41,196 nucleotides of DNA from Macrostomum lignano (lineage: Eukaryota), in assembly GCA_002269645.1 (NCBI GenBank), contig NIVC01002530.1, positions 1 to 41,196 on the forward strand, read 5' to 3'. Positions 20,704 to 32,429 of the stretch are shown here, piece after piece (position 1 is the stretch's first letter; the number at the start of each line of letters is the position of its first letter). The notes below the pieces were generated by a model. The model saw only the letters and a program-made list of their open reading frames with translations, searched no databases and was not told the DNA's origin. Position numbers and translations under genes: made by a program.

Positions 20704-23700
20704 ATATAATCTAATATTATCATTAAAATTAGCTATAGTCTCCTGTTGCATATATGTATGCTAGTAATAAATCTAGATCAGATGCAACATTAGAAGCAAA
20801 GAAATTTTTGGCAAAAAACAAAATGTAAAATGTAGAAATATGAAACAGTCTATTTTAGAGAATATCTAAAGTCTAAGTCTAGAATGAGTTTATTTTCCTT
20901 TTTTCTCTATTATAAATGCTTCAAACAGGTTGATGATTTGCTTTTTTGATTTTTGTTAAGTTACTAAAAAATCTAGAAATTTTAATGTTAATATATCTAA
21001 TCTAAACTCTTAATGAGAAAAAGGTAGAACCTGGAAGGAAGACAAAGACTTAAAGGGATAGAAATGATAGGCCTATATTTAGGCAAAAAGTCCTTTGCAT
21101 CACTCCCTAGATAGAAAGCTATGCTAGTTATAATATGGTTAGGCATAAGGCTAAGGTCTATAGGCCTAGTTATGTTTCAGATAAAAATTCTGACTTGCCT
21201 GATCAAGACATTTCAATTGCTCAAGGGGGTAAACAGTCTTTCCACATGCAGTGCACTTTTTATCCATCTTAGACTTAGGCCTACTTGTAGGTTGTAGTTT
21301 AGTAGTATATTATAGGCCGTTAGATCACAGTCTCAGATGATTATTATTGAAGAAGTTAGATGAAGAAGTTAACAGCAAAAATGATTAACAACAAGCTTTC
21401 TAGAGACTTTTTATTAGACTTAACCTTAGGTTCTTGCGCTGCGTTGGGTACTCTTAACTTGTTTTAATAGCATGGCCTGCACAAGTAGGGCTATTTGGCT
21501 ATATACAGTAACAAATTTTTATTATGTTGATTTCCTTTTACAAATTTTATAAGAATTCTTAGATTATGGCAGGCTGTAAAGTTTTTAATGATAAAAAACT
21601 AATAATTTTTCTGTACAAATATTAAACTTCTTAAGCTAGGAGTTCACACAAACAACATGTTCGTACTATTTTGTTTGCTATAGATGGTTACAAAAAGCGA
21701 TCGTTCTTAATTTGTATTTTTTCTAGAAAACTGAGTATAAAATAGACTAAATAATAAATTACCGAGCTAGTTAACTTAAGTTGAAATGGTAAGAAAGCGT
21801 GTTACGCTGATGTATTATGCATACTTTTAAATAAAGTAGATATTTTAGTATCTGGAGTTGATATTTTCTCAAACACCGTCAATTATATCTTAATAAATGG
21901 GCTGGCTGAAGCCAGTGAAGTGAAGGTTATGTTTCACATGAAGTTGGTCAGCTTGCGCCTTGCAGAAGCAGAGGTGCTATCAAAAGCATCAAATAGAAAT
22001 AGGAGAAATTAATTGTTAATTATGCAAATTAAATGTGTTTCCTAATGGGAACTCGGAACTTTTATGTTTGTTTTTGGGAGTTTAATGATTTATTAGGAAG
22101 GAATGGATAAAAGTTAACAAATCCTAAAATTACTTAATTAAACTTAAAGTTTAGTGCATATTGAACTTAAATTTGATTGTATTCTAAAATTCTTCTTATG
22201 ATATAAAGTTATTTCCTTTGCCTAGCATTAGCAAGGATCAGGATCCCATTTTGTAGAATGTAGAATAAAAATATTATGTTTTATAAAATCTAAAGTTATA
22301 GACTTAAAACTAAGATTGCATTTAATCTCTTCCTAGTAGACTGCTTTTAAATTTTATTATATTGAATTAATATATTGAAATATAATAAGCTAATAGAACA
22401 GGGGTACCTAGTAAAATGTGAAATCTGTAATAGAATGATAAATTATGAAATTGATTGTAGAATCCACTAACTTAAAATAAAATACAAAATATAGGAATCA
22501 AAAAATTATAATTTTAGATACATGCTATGCCTATAGCAATATAAATTATAATATAGCAATTTAACTGTGAAAAATATATAAAGTAGTTTTTTGTATAATT
22601 CTATATTGAGGCAAACTGAACTAGAAATAGCAGCATCTATTAGACCTACTCAAAGTAGTAAATATAGGTTCTCTTATAAATAATATGGCTAATAGGTGTT
22701 GAAAAAATTATCATAATTTTCTTTTTAGCAGTTTGGTCAAAATTTGAAGGCTTCACCACTTCATTATTATAGGCCTAATATTCTATTCGGATTCTGTTAT
22801 AGATTCTATATTTTACTAGGTGCAATTAGTATTCAATTGTATAATGATACAATTTTTTATTCTATCAATTAACATTTTATCAACTGGCATATTATTAAAT
22901 AGTATTTTGTTAATTAGCATTTTATCAACTAGACCCTAGTATTTTGTCAATTAATATTTGTTTCAAGCCAAAATTATGAATATTAACAAGTATTTTTATA
23001 TTATTAAAGCCAATAACAAGCCATTTATGCTTATATAAAAAATGGGCTAAGATATAAAAAAATTTTCTCATATAGTATAGAAAATAGCAATGTATTATTT
23101 CTAATTTAGGGAAGGATAGTGGCTGGGTTGTCACCCCCCTCTTTCAATGAATTGTTAGAGTTAAAGCAATATGTTAAGCTAAACTCTTAAAAAATATATA
23201 TACTAAAACATAGATGCACAATTGCTGGCTGACTTAGCCTCTTTGGCCACTGTAAATTGTGGTAGACTAGGGGTAAGTTGCAAAAATGCCCACCCAAAAG
23301 AATATAGACATAATACTAATTAGATGACAAGGTATTTAGCCTTAATAAGACAGTTATAGTTACACTTGTCATTTATCAAAGTTGTATTACTTTTTGCTTA
23401 AGGGTTTCTTTCATAGGTAAGTTGCATTTTTTGGTATTTTTAGCATGGTATATCCATACTATAAGTCATTAAATCATATAGCATTTAAGACCTTAAATAA
23501 AGACCTTGAATAGCCAATAAGTTGCTATATAAGCCATCAATTTGCTTGCATCAAAAGTAGCATAATAAAGAAGACATTGACATTTTATTGTGATATTAAT
23601 AGAAAGAGGAATTAATTATTAATTTTATATTTCTATTCCTCTAACAGATTTAAAAAGTTTTAATATATTAGATTTCCTTATTTTGATTTTAGATGCTAAA

Positions 23701-24121
23701 GTCCTTAAGTAAATTTTAAACTTTTTGTTTAAGCATTATGATCAAACAAAAATTCTTAGCTATTTGAAGGGCAAAATTTATTTTCATTTTTTCCTTGTAT
23801 TTATTCAACTAAAAATGAAAGAAAATTTCTTGTTTTTTATTTTAAATAGTTTTTATAGGTATAATAGCTTATTAAAAAATTCATATGACAACATGGCACT
23901 TGACATGAAACTAAAGTTATGAAAACCTCTATAAGCCTTACCATAATTCCCCTTTTCTAAATTTGAGCATTGGCATCTCAGCAACCCCATTTGATCATTG
24001 GCATCTCAGCAACCCCATTTGATCACTGGCATAAAACTTATTTTATATACAATGTAATTAAAAAAATACATGCACATCCTCATCAACAATGTTAAATATT
24101 CTACAGCCACAATAGCCCAGC

Positions 24122-25543
24122 ATGTCCAATCTGTGGAAGGCCCAGGCTGGCTACAATGTGAACATGGCCGCCGGTGACAACAATGACGATGATGATTGGG
24201 AGACTGAGGCAGATTTTGAAAACGATGTCAGCGAAAAAGAGCAGCGCTGGGGCTCCAAAACCGTGGCCGGCTCTGGCCGACAGTCCGACGTCAATGTTGC
24301 CCAGCTGCGCGATCAGGTCATTCACGACGACAGCGCCGAGAAGAAACGTCAGCTGGACTCCGGACCGAAGGCCTCCTACGGTTATGGCGGCCAGTTCGGT
24401 GTTGAGAAGGACCGCATGGACAAGAGCGCCGTGACTAACGAGTACCAAGCGCAGCGTCAGCTGCACCAGTCCCAGACTGACGCAGCCAAGGGATTCGGCG
24501 GCAAGTACGGCGTGCAGAGCGACCGGAAGGACAAGAGCGCCGTTGGCTGGGAATATCAGGAGAAGCGACAGTTGCACGAATCCCAAACTGATGCCGCTAA
24601 AGGTTTCGGGGGCAAGTACGGGGTGCAGAGCGACCGGAAGGACAAGAGCGCCGTTGGCTGGGATTACAAAGAAAAACGCGAACTGCATGAATCCCAAACT
24701 GATGCCGCCAAGGGTTTCGGTGGCAAGTACGGGGTGCAGAGCGACCGGAGGGACAAGAGCGCCGTTGGCTGGGATTACAAAGAGAAGAGGGAGCTTCACG
24801 AATCCCAGACTGATTCCGCCAAAGGATTCGGCGGGAAATATGGGGTGCAAAGTGACCGGAAGGACAAGAGCGCCGTTGGCTGGGATCACCAGGAGAAGAG
24901 TAAGCTGCACGAGTCCCAGACTGACGCGGCCAAAGGGTTCGGAGGCAAGTACGGAGTGCAGAGCGACCGGCAGGATAAGAGCGCCGTAGGCTGGGATCAC
25001 CGGGAGCAGTTGCAGCCGCACGCCTCTCAGACGGACGCTTCGAAAGGGTTCGGCGGCAAGTACGGAGTGCAGAGCGACCGGCAGGATAAGAGCGCCGTAG
25101 GCTGGGAAGCTCCCGCTAAGCCCCAGGAGGAGCCTCAGCCGCAGTACGAACCGGAAGTTCCTCAACCTAAATATGAACCGGAAGTTCCCCAGCCTCAACC
25201 CCAATACGAACCGGAAGTTCAGTATGAGGAACCGGAAGTTCGGTATGAGGAACCGGAAGTTCGGTATGAGGAACCGGAAGTTCGGTATGAGGAACCGGAA
25301 GTTCAGTATGGGGAACCGGAACCTGAGCCCGAGCCGCAGTACCAGCAGGAGGAGCAGCAGCAGGCGGCCCCTGCCGGCACCTGCACCGCCCTGTACGACT
25401 ACACCGCTGAAGATGACGACGAATTGTCCTTCGCCGCCGGAGATTTGATTAATTTGGTTCAAAAAATTGACGACGGCTGGTGGCTTGGCACAATTGAGGA
25501 CAGACAGGGCATGTTCCCGGCTAACTATGTACAGGAGAATTAG
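24122..25543 (+). CDS. CTTN: Cortactin (Src substrate), single coding exon, 473 aa
   Basis: NTA domain with DDDDWET (Arp2/3-binding DDW); 6.5 cortactin repeats ([20 protein letters not shown]); Pro/Glu/Tyr-rich linker; C-terminal SH3 [15 protein letters not shown]…GWWLG…GMFPANYV. Putative acceptor TTCTACAG 15 nt upstream of the ATG. Confidence 0.97.
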   Translation: MSNLWKAQAGYNVNMAAGDNNDDDDWETEADFENDVSEKEQRWGSKTVAGSGRQSDVNVAQLRDQVIHDDSAEKKRQLDSGPKASYGYGGQFGVEKDRMDKSAVTNEYQAQRQLHQSQTDAAKGFGGKYGVQSDRKDKSAVGWEYQEKRQLHESQTDAAKGFGGKYGVQSDRKDKSAVGWDYKEKRELHESQTDAAKGFGGKYGVQSDRRDKSAVGWDYKEKRELHESQTDSAKGFGGKYGVQSDRKDKSAVGWDHQEKSKLHESQTDAAKGFGGKYGVQSDRQDKSAVGWDHREQLQPHASQTDASKGFGGKYGVQSDRQDKSAVGWEAPAKPQEEPQPQYEPEVPQPKYEPEVPQPQPQYEPEVQYEEPEVRYEEPEVRYEEPEVRYEEPEVQYGEPEPEPEPQYQQEEQQQAAPAGTCTALYDYTAEDDDELSFAAGDLINLVQKIDDGWWLGTIEDRQGMFPANYVQEN

Positions 25544-25674
25544 TGACTGGGACATTGTCAAGCCAAGATCTGTGAACGTGTGCAAGCAGTACATTCTGAT
25601 GGAAGTCAGGCTTATTGTTGCAGTATAACTGGATTTTCGATTTAGAAAGTTGATGAAAATTTCTTATATCCTTA

Positions 25675-25825
25675 TTAACCTATCTCACCTGAGACTGATG
25701 AGGTGGATTTCCTTGATAACCTGCCCCACCTGAGACTGATAAGGTGAATCTCCTTAATAACCTGCCCCACCTGAGACTGATGAGGTGAAGATCCTTAATT
25801 ACCTACTCCATTTGAGAATTGATGT
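25675..25825. repeat. 41-bp minisatellite, short block (about 3.5 units)
   Basis: Same unit as 26738-27268. Confidence 0.88.
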
Positions 25826-26737
25826 TTAAAAATGTGCTAATTTATCGCTAATGACGATTTGTCTTCCCTGGTATTTCATACCAACGGCAACTTTAACGTT
25901 AGCACAGACCTGTTTTAACCTCCGACTGCATCATCAATATGAATTCTCTGCGTTACCCAAGCTCTTTATATTTATTCATGATTGTCTGCTTCCCTTGCAT
26001 CAAAATTTAGTTATAAGTCATAGAATCAATTGAAATTTGTGAGCTGGCAAGGGTTCATATTTGTTTGCTGAGTCGTTCGGCTACTATTAGTAGAAATGCA
26101 AGGAAAGCAGTGATATTTAGGGTAATCAAGCCTAAATTGTTCAGTTTTTTATACTCGGTTGTTTTTTGTCGAATTTAGTTATATATATCTTCGATATGCG
26201 TACTTGCAGTAGCAAGAGAAGGATTTTTAAATTTGATCACTAGTATGATTAATCTTGATTGAAAATGCGTTTTGTTTGTTAGTAAGGTACCCTGCTATTT
26301 ATCAAGTAAGTTATAGCAAATATCCCAGTGTCTTGTTCATCATTCCCTGTCACCTTAATCCGCACAGTCTAACAGCGCACCTGATTGCTCATTTTTCTAT
26401 ACAGTTTTGTTGGTTTTTTAAGTTGGACTAGGCTCTTGAACTACTACACTACTTACTGTGTACAGAAAACTGTTTTTGTATTCTAATTTATGATTTCGGC
26501 TGTTATTTAACTATTGATGCCGGACAGTTTTGTTTGGGCAGATAATGTTGACAGTAGTACATTCTCACATGATGATAAATCTTGCTTTACAGTGCAACAT
26601 TAGCACATTTATTATTAAGTACAATAGATACATTTTCCACGCCTTATTAAGCCAATCGATCTGATTAATTGAGCTCAAGTCTTGCTTTATTCAATTGTAT
26701 TTCAATTGCGCTTTACCGGTCCTTGAAGAGAATTAAG

Positions 26738-27268
26738 GATAACCTGCCCCATCTGAAAGTAATAAGGTGGAGATCCTTAATAACCTGCCCCACCTGAGAC
26801 TAATAAGGTGGAGATCCTTAATAACCTGCCCCACCTGAGACTAATAAGGTGGAGATCCTTAATAACCTGCCCCACCTGAGACTAATAAGGTGGAGATCCT
26901 TAATAACCTGCCCCACCTGAGACTAATAAGGTGGAGATCCTTAATAACCTGCCCCACCTGAGACTAATAAGGTGGATATCCTTAATAACCTGCCCCACCT
27001 GAGACTAATAAGGTGGAGATCCTTAATAACCTGCCCCACCTGAGACTAGTAAGGTGGAGATCCTTAATAACCTGCCCCACCTGAGACGGATGAGGTGGAG
27101 ATCCTTAATAACCTGCCCCACCTGAGACGGATGAGGTGGAGATCCTTAATAACCTACCCCACCTGAAACTGATGAGGTGGATATCCTTAATAACCTACCC
27201 CACTTGAGACTGATGAGGTGGATCTCCTTAATAACCTACCCCATTAGAGACTGATGAGGTAGATTTCC
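26738..27268. repeat. 41-bp minisatellite (ATAACCTGCCCCACCTGAGACTAATAAGGTGGAGATCCTTA)n
   Basis: About 13 units, each with a CCACCT-N10-AGGTGG inverted repeat. Confidence 0.95.
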
Positions 27269-27389
27269 CAGGTCAGTAAGGGGATTCGGGCTAAATGAGG
27301 AATCAGTAAAAAAATGCCACTGTTCTGCATGATCCCGCAGCAGCCGGCCCCAGGCACCTGAACGGAATCGCGCGCAAAATCAATCAGGA

Positions 27390-27866
27390 ATGGACGCGGC
27401 TGAGATCCAGGCCCGCAAGCGCCTGAAGCCCATAGACTATGCTGGTCTGCGTCAGCAGGCGGAGGCCCAGAAGCGCAGCTCCGCCGCGGCTGAGGCCAAA
27501 GCCAATAAGCTGGCCGAGCTGCAGTCGCAAGGCAAGGAGCGGCATCTGTTGAAGCAGCACCGACTGGCTTGGAAGAAAGAGTGCCTCCGTTTGCGGAAGC
27601 TTCGCCTGCGACACGCCAAGGAGGCCGAATCGTTTCTACATAGCGCGTTTCCGCCAGGCAGCGAACTGCACTCGGTGGCCTCCGAGCTGGAGAGCTTGGA
27701 CATGGCCATGCAGCAGGATAGGGACATATTCAAGGAGGACACCGTGCAGCCCTACTGGTTGCTCTGTGAGGATTTGAAGTTCTTCTGTCAGCATCGGGGA
27801 GGCGGCGGCGAGGAAGGCTCAGCTGGGGATCCACGCGAGATTCAAAGTCTGGTAGCTGATATGAAG
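27390..27866 (+). CDS. CCDC148: Coiled-coil domain-containing protein 148-like, exon 1
   Basis: RLKPIDYAGLRQQAEAQKRSSAAAEAK…ERHLLKQHRLAW parallels the CCDC148 N-terminus (KYKPVDYQQLRALTEAKK…EQTLIKQHKQVW). Donor AAG|GTGAGA; 477 nt. Confidence 0.82.
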
Positions 27867-28600
27867 GTGAGATTGAGGTAGATTGAAGTTATGAGTTGAT
27901 GAGAAGAAGATTGAGATTATTAGTGAGTTGGTGTGAAGTAGATTGAGATTATGAGTGGATGAGAAGTAGATTGAGATTATGAGTGGCTGAGAAGTAGATT
28001 GAGGAGATTATGAGTGGATGAGAAGTAGATTGAGGTTATGAGTGGGTGAGAAGTAGATTGAGGTTATGAGTGGATGAGAAGTAGATTGAGATTATGAGTG
28101 GATGAGAAGTAGATTGAGGTTATGAGTGGATGAGAAGTAGATTGAGGTTATGAGTGGATGAGAAGTAGATTGAGATTATGAGTGGATGAGAAGTAGATTG
28201 AGTTTATGAGTGGATGAGAAGTAGATTGAGGTTATGAGTGGATGAGAAGTAGATTGAGGTTATGAGTGGATGAGAAGTAGATTGAGGTTATGAGTGGATG
28301 AGAAGTAGATTGAGATTATGAGTGGATGAGAAGTAGATTGAGGTTATGAGTGGATGAGAAGTAGATTGAGATTATGAGTGGATGAGAAGTAGATTGAGGT
28401 TATGAGTGGATGAGAAGTAGATTGAGATTATGAGTGGCTGAGAAGTAGATTGGGATTATTAGTGAGTTGGATGAGAAGTAGATTGAAGCTATGAGTGAGT
28501 TGGATGAGAAGTAGATTGAACTTATTAGTGAGTTGGATAAGTACGAGTAGGTTGAAATTATGTTGGGATAAGAGGCAAGTTGGAATTATAGTTGGATGAG
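27867..28600. repeat. 28-bp purine-rich minisatellite (GTAGATTGAG(A/G)TTATGAGTGGATGAGAA)n in CCDC148 intron 1
   Basis: About 25 units starting at the splice donor. Confidence 0.95.
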
Positions 28601-28723
28601 AATTTTACTGAGATCGTAAGTAGATGCTGAGAAGTAGATTCAGACTGCTCAGTTCACTAAAAAGACACATGTAAGATCTGAGCACATAGTCTGGCACGCC
28701 AATTGTTGAAATCTGTCACTCAG

Positions 28724-28877
28724 GCGAAGCAGTCAGACATCCTGGCCACACTGGATCGCGAGTCGGCCAACTTGGAGCAGGAGCTCGCGAGCTTGGCCGC
28801 CGATTTTGGCATCAGCGTTGGCGGCGCGGACGATGAAGCCTGCTGCTTCGACGAGCTGGAGCCGGGACACCAGACTG
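28724..28877 (+). CDS. CCDC148: CCDC148-like exon 2 (AKQSDILATLDRESANLEQEL…)
   Basis: ACTCAG acceptor, phase 0 in frame with exon 1; probable donor G|GTGAGC at 28878. Later exons not recognised. Confidence 0.7.
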
Positions 28878-29002
28878 GTGAGCAGCTGCGCTGGCTTGCC
28901 ACGGATCAGCCTGATACACTGGATTCTAGGTGGATCTGCGACTTTTGACTGCCACAGATTCACCTCCGATCCCAACCTTATGTCTAACCCTAACCTAGAT
29001 TG

Positions 29003-29405
29003 TCGGCAGTCAAATGTCACTGGCAGTCAAATGTCACTGACAGTCAAATGTCACTGGCTGTCAAATGTCACTGGCAGTCAAATGTCACTGGCAGTCAAAT
29101 GTCACTGGCAGTCAAATGTCACTGGCAGTCAAATGTCACTGGCAGTCAAATGTCACTGGCAGTCAAAAGTCTCTGGCAGTTAAATGTCACTGGCAGTTAA
29201 AAGTCACTGACTGTCAAATGTCACTGAAGTACAAAGTCACTGGCTGTCAAGTGTCACTGAAGTACAAAGTCCCTGGCAATAGAAATTCACTGGAAGTCAA
29301 AAGTCACACAGTCAAATGTCACTGGAAATCAAATGTGACTGTCAGTTAAATGTCACTGGCAGTACGAAATCATTGGAAGTCAAAAGTGACTGGCAGTACA
29401 AAGTC
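29003..29405. repeat. 17-bp minisatellite (GTCAAATGTCACTGGCA)n, degenerating rightwards
   Basis: About 23 units; explains ORFs 29000-29349. Confidence 0.93.
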
Positions 29406-29677
29406 AAAATATTTTACTAATACGCGCGCCAAAAACAAAATCAACTGATTTTCAAGTGTAGACAGGAAACGAGTGAACCTATTGTATTTAATTGACAACA
29501 GAAGTACATACAAATTCATATTATTGCGTGCAAAATGTTTCAATAAGGCGACAACATTAAACTTTCTGTAATACAATAAGGAAGGATAAAGCCGCATACT
29601 GTGAGGTAATTTGACTACAACAGCATGCAGAAGAAACGTGTGAATGTTCTGATAGTATATGAGCGTATTATGGTAAA

Positions 29678-29990
29678 TACAAGGTGTGTCACCAAAGCTC
29701 CAGGACTAAACTCATAAAAAATTTGCAGCAGCAAAAGTCAAGCAGAATCTGAGCTGCCTTTCAAAAGTTCTCCCTTGAGTTTAATGCACTTGTCTCTCCT
29801 GCGCCACGCCTCCATGCGGTACTGGAAGGCTTCTTAAGGAATTCTCCGGGAGTTCCATTGTCCTTGCTCTCCTGATAGCTTCTATGCCGGGGAAACGAGT
29901 TCCTTTGAGCACCTCCTTGAGCTTCTTGGGTAGAAAAAATCGCAGGGAGCCAGCTGGGAGCCAAATATGGAGGCTGGAGGCCATCAGTTA
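29678..29990 (-). mobile_element. Truncated mariner transposon: 3' TIR plus decayed transposase C-terminus
   Basis: TACAAGGTGTGTCACCAAAG is a mariner-type TIR starting with TA. Minus-strand fragments PPY…LAPCDFFL.KKLKEVLKGTRF…EAWRRR.DKCIKLKGE match the mariner YSPDLAP(C/S)DF C-terminal region, with frameshifts and stops. No partner TIR found. Confidence 0.8.
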
Positions 29991-31971
29991 AAAAATCGCG
30001 TTACGATTTCTTGCACTTGCACGTCGCGCCGATTCGTGCAGTGAGTCCTGCAGAGCATCATATCGAGCCTTTTTGCAAGCTCTTTGACACCCAGTTGAAA
30101 AGAGGTGCTCCTGTGGCTAGAAAAGTCCTCCTCTATCAACAGCAAGTTGAAGTCGAAGACTGCAGTGGGAGTTCCCTCGGAGACTCAACTGGTTTTGTTC
30201 ATCCGGACTAAGTAAACGGGGCGTAGAAGCCGCTGGCATGGTATAGGCTGGCCAGGTCACTCTTGTCAGGAAAGCAATCGAATGCTATCTCGCCATGAAT
30301 TCGATCTACCAGTTGCCGCAGTAACACCGGAGTACTTCAGCAGGGAAGTTGCTCTGATGACGTCATTGAGCTGTAAAAACCAGTCAAAGCGAGCCTTGAT
30401 GTTGTCTGATTAGATTGTAATATTTCCTAACATGACATTTTAGATGAAGTCGCAGCAGTCAAAGAGATGATATATTAACGGAACACAATCGTTGTTGTAA
30501 AGCAGGTAGTTGTTTATTTAAATGAAATACGGGAATTGCCGTTATCGTGAACCGAAGTTCCAAATCGCGAGGTAAAGAGAGTCTTCATGTGCCATATAAA
30601 TTCCTAGACGTTAAATTAAGACTAAGCACTTACGAGTCTTAATCATTTTGTTTACCGTGTCTACTGCAGAAGAAAAATTGAGGCTCCGAAAGAGCCGGTC
30701 GCTTCCATATATTTAGCAAGCACCGTACGCAAGCAACAAAGACCATCGCGACAATGCACATCCCTTCCCCACTTCCTTTCAACCTCCCTCACACAACTCA
30801 ACGCAACTACAAATAAAAAAATAACTCACGCAACTGTACGTCATCACAAACCAAGTTTCCATTTTAACGATAAACGAACAGGTTCATCGCGGCTGATTTC
30901 CCTCTTGTGCTTGCCGATTGTCGTTATTCTGACGTTCAGGACATTCTACAACTACAGACATACTTTCACGACTCCTTGCAGTCTCACAATAGCCGTAGTA
31001 CACGGAATTGCGGGCGCTGATAGTGGACTCGTGGAAAAGTGTCAACGGCGAGTGGGTCTTCGATTCTGTTGGGTTGCAGAATGGCGCCAGTTGGTTTGTG
31101 CGCCATCTTCCCAGGCTTGTCAGCTTCAATGTCGATGTGTTTAACGTCGGCAAAAAGTGCCCTCGACAACTCTTGCATAATTGGCAGAAAACTTGGGCAC
31201 ACGAATTCCTTTTGTGAATTAGTGAAATAGTGAATTAGTGACACTAAGTTCAAGACGTCCTTAACATAGAAACAGTGTTTTTGTGTTGTGTTGAGAAAGT
31301 CAGACTGACCGATTTGGGGTAAATACGACCTTTAGCTCAAGTTGGCATTCTGACTTTATACTCCAGCCAGTGACAAATCGATATTGGAAAACAGATGTAC
31401 ATATCTGTTACCTGTATGTACATGTACGGATGCAAACCAACTACACAACAAGTATAGAAGCGTCTGACGACCGAGAAACAAATTTTATGCAGCACTAGCA
31501 TCATCTGTTGGATGCACTGATGTAGAGCCTCTCTGCATTGAGGTCTTGTACAGGGAAGATGCCAACTAAGTCCCGAAACTTTGCTGACCGGCTGACTTAA
31601 TCATGAAGCAAAAAGCGGTCTGAGTAACTTTACCTTCTGTCAGGCCGTGCACTGCTCCACCAGTAATCTCTACTCTTTTGCTTACGTTAGTGCACACCGC
31701 CTCCCCCAAAAGATAAGCACACACGCAGCGAAATAAAGAGGACAACGAGGAAGCGCGATGAAGCAAATGGGAAAGTGGCCCAAGACAAATGAAAATGGAA
31801 AATGAAACTGTGTGGAACACAAGCGCAATTTTAGAAACTAAATATGTCAGTATTATACGTGCTATATAAATTCGCAAATTCAACAACAAGTGCATACAAA
31901 AGTTATTTTGTTATTTTAACCATATAAGCAAAACGACTACAATTACTATAGTACAGATATATTAGGTTATA

Positions 31972-32250
31972 GGGAGTTACTTATGGCCTATAGCGATTAG
32001 CGTGGTGTACTTGTGGCCGTAAGGTTACGGGTTCGAATCCTAGCTCACGCAGGCTAATAATTTGTTGAATTATTCAAGACACTTAATCCCATACTGTTTC
32101 AATTTACCCTGCTTACAAAGGGCAACAGCGTTTACTGGGAAGTAAAGTGGGTGTGACAGACGATGATTCACAAATACTGACCAGCAGTTCAGTCTTTGGA
32201 TAGGAAGCGCCGCTTACTGCATTGGAAATTCAAGTATTTATTATATAAAT
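31972..32250 (+). mobile_element. tRNA-derived SINE
   Basis: A-box-like TGGCCTATAGCGATTAG; B-box GGTTCGAATCC (32030-32040); CORE-like CAAGACACTTAATCCC segment; AT-rich tail; no tRNA cloverleaf. Confidence 0.6.
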
Positions 32251-32429
32251 CACAAGTCATATATAGTCTTCGCTTTGCATCTTAGCCTCATAATTTGTTA
32301 CTTTGTAATTGCAGGCAGCGCATTTTTTAAATTGCGATTAACATTGCGCTAATTAATAATAAGTGACCCTAAACATTTTATAATGAAATTACACAAGAAA
32401 ATTTAGTGACGAAACCACTCTGCACCGTG

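Noticed and set aside
23968-24030. 28-bp tandem duplication upstream of cortactin as a regulatory element
   Set aside because: Only about 2.3 copies and no recognisable motif; ordinary for this repeat-rich genome.
24101-25594. 497-aa antisense ORF over cortactin
   Set aside because: A shadow frame of a GC-rich, repetitive CDS; no domain signal.
26738-27268. CRISPR-like palindromic repeat, and a hammerhead-like CTGATGA…GAAAC in some 41-bp units
   Set aside because: No spacers or cas genes, and the context is eukaryotic. The hammerhead core appears only in minority variants, has an extra base before GAAA and leaves no room for stems I and III.
28985-28997. Interstitial telomere
   Set aside because: Only about two TAACCC units; too short.
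31985-32050. Possible tRNA gene
   Set aside because: A and B boxes are present, but there is no acceptor or anticodon stem and no T-run terminator; it continues into a SINE-like body.
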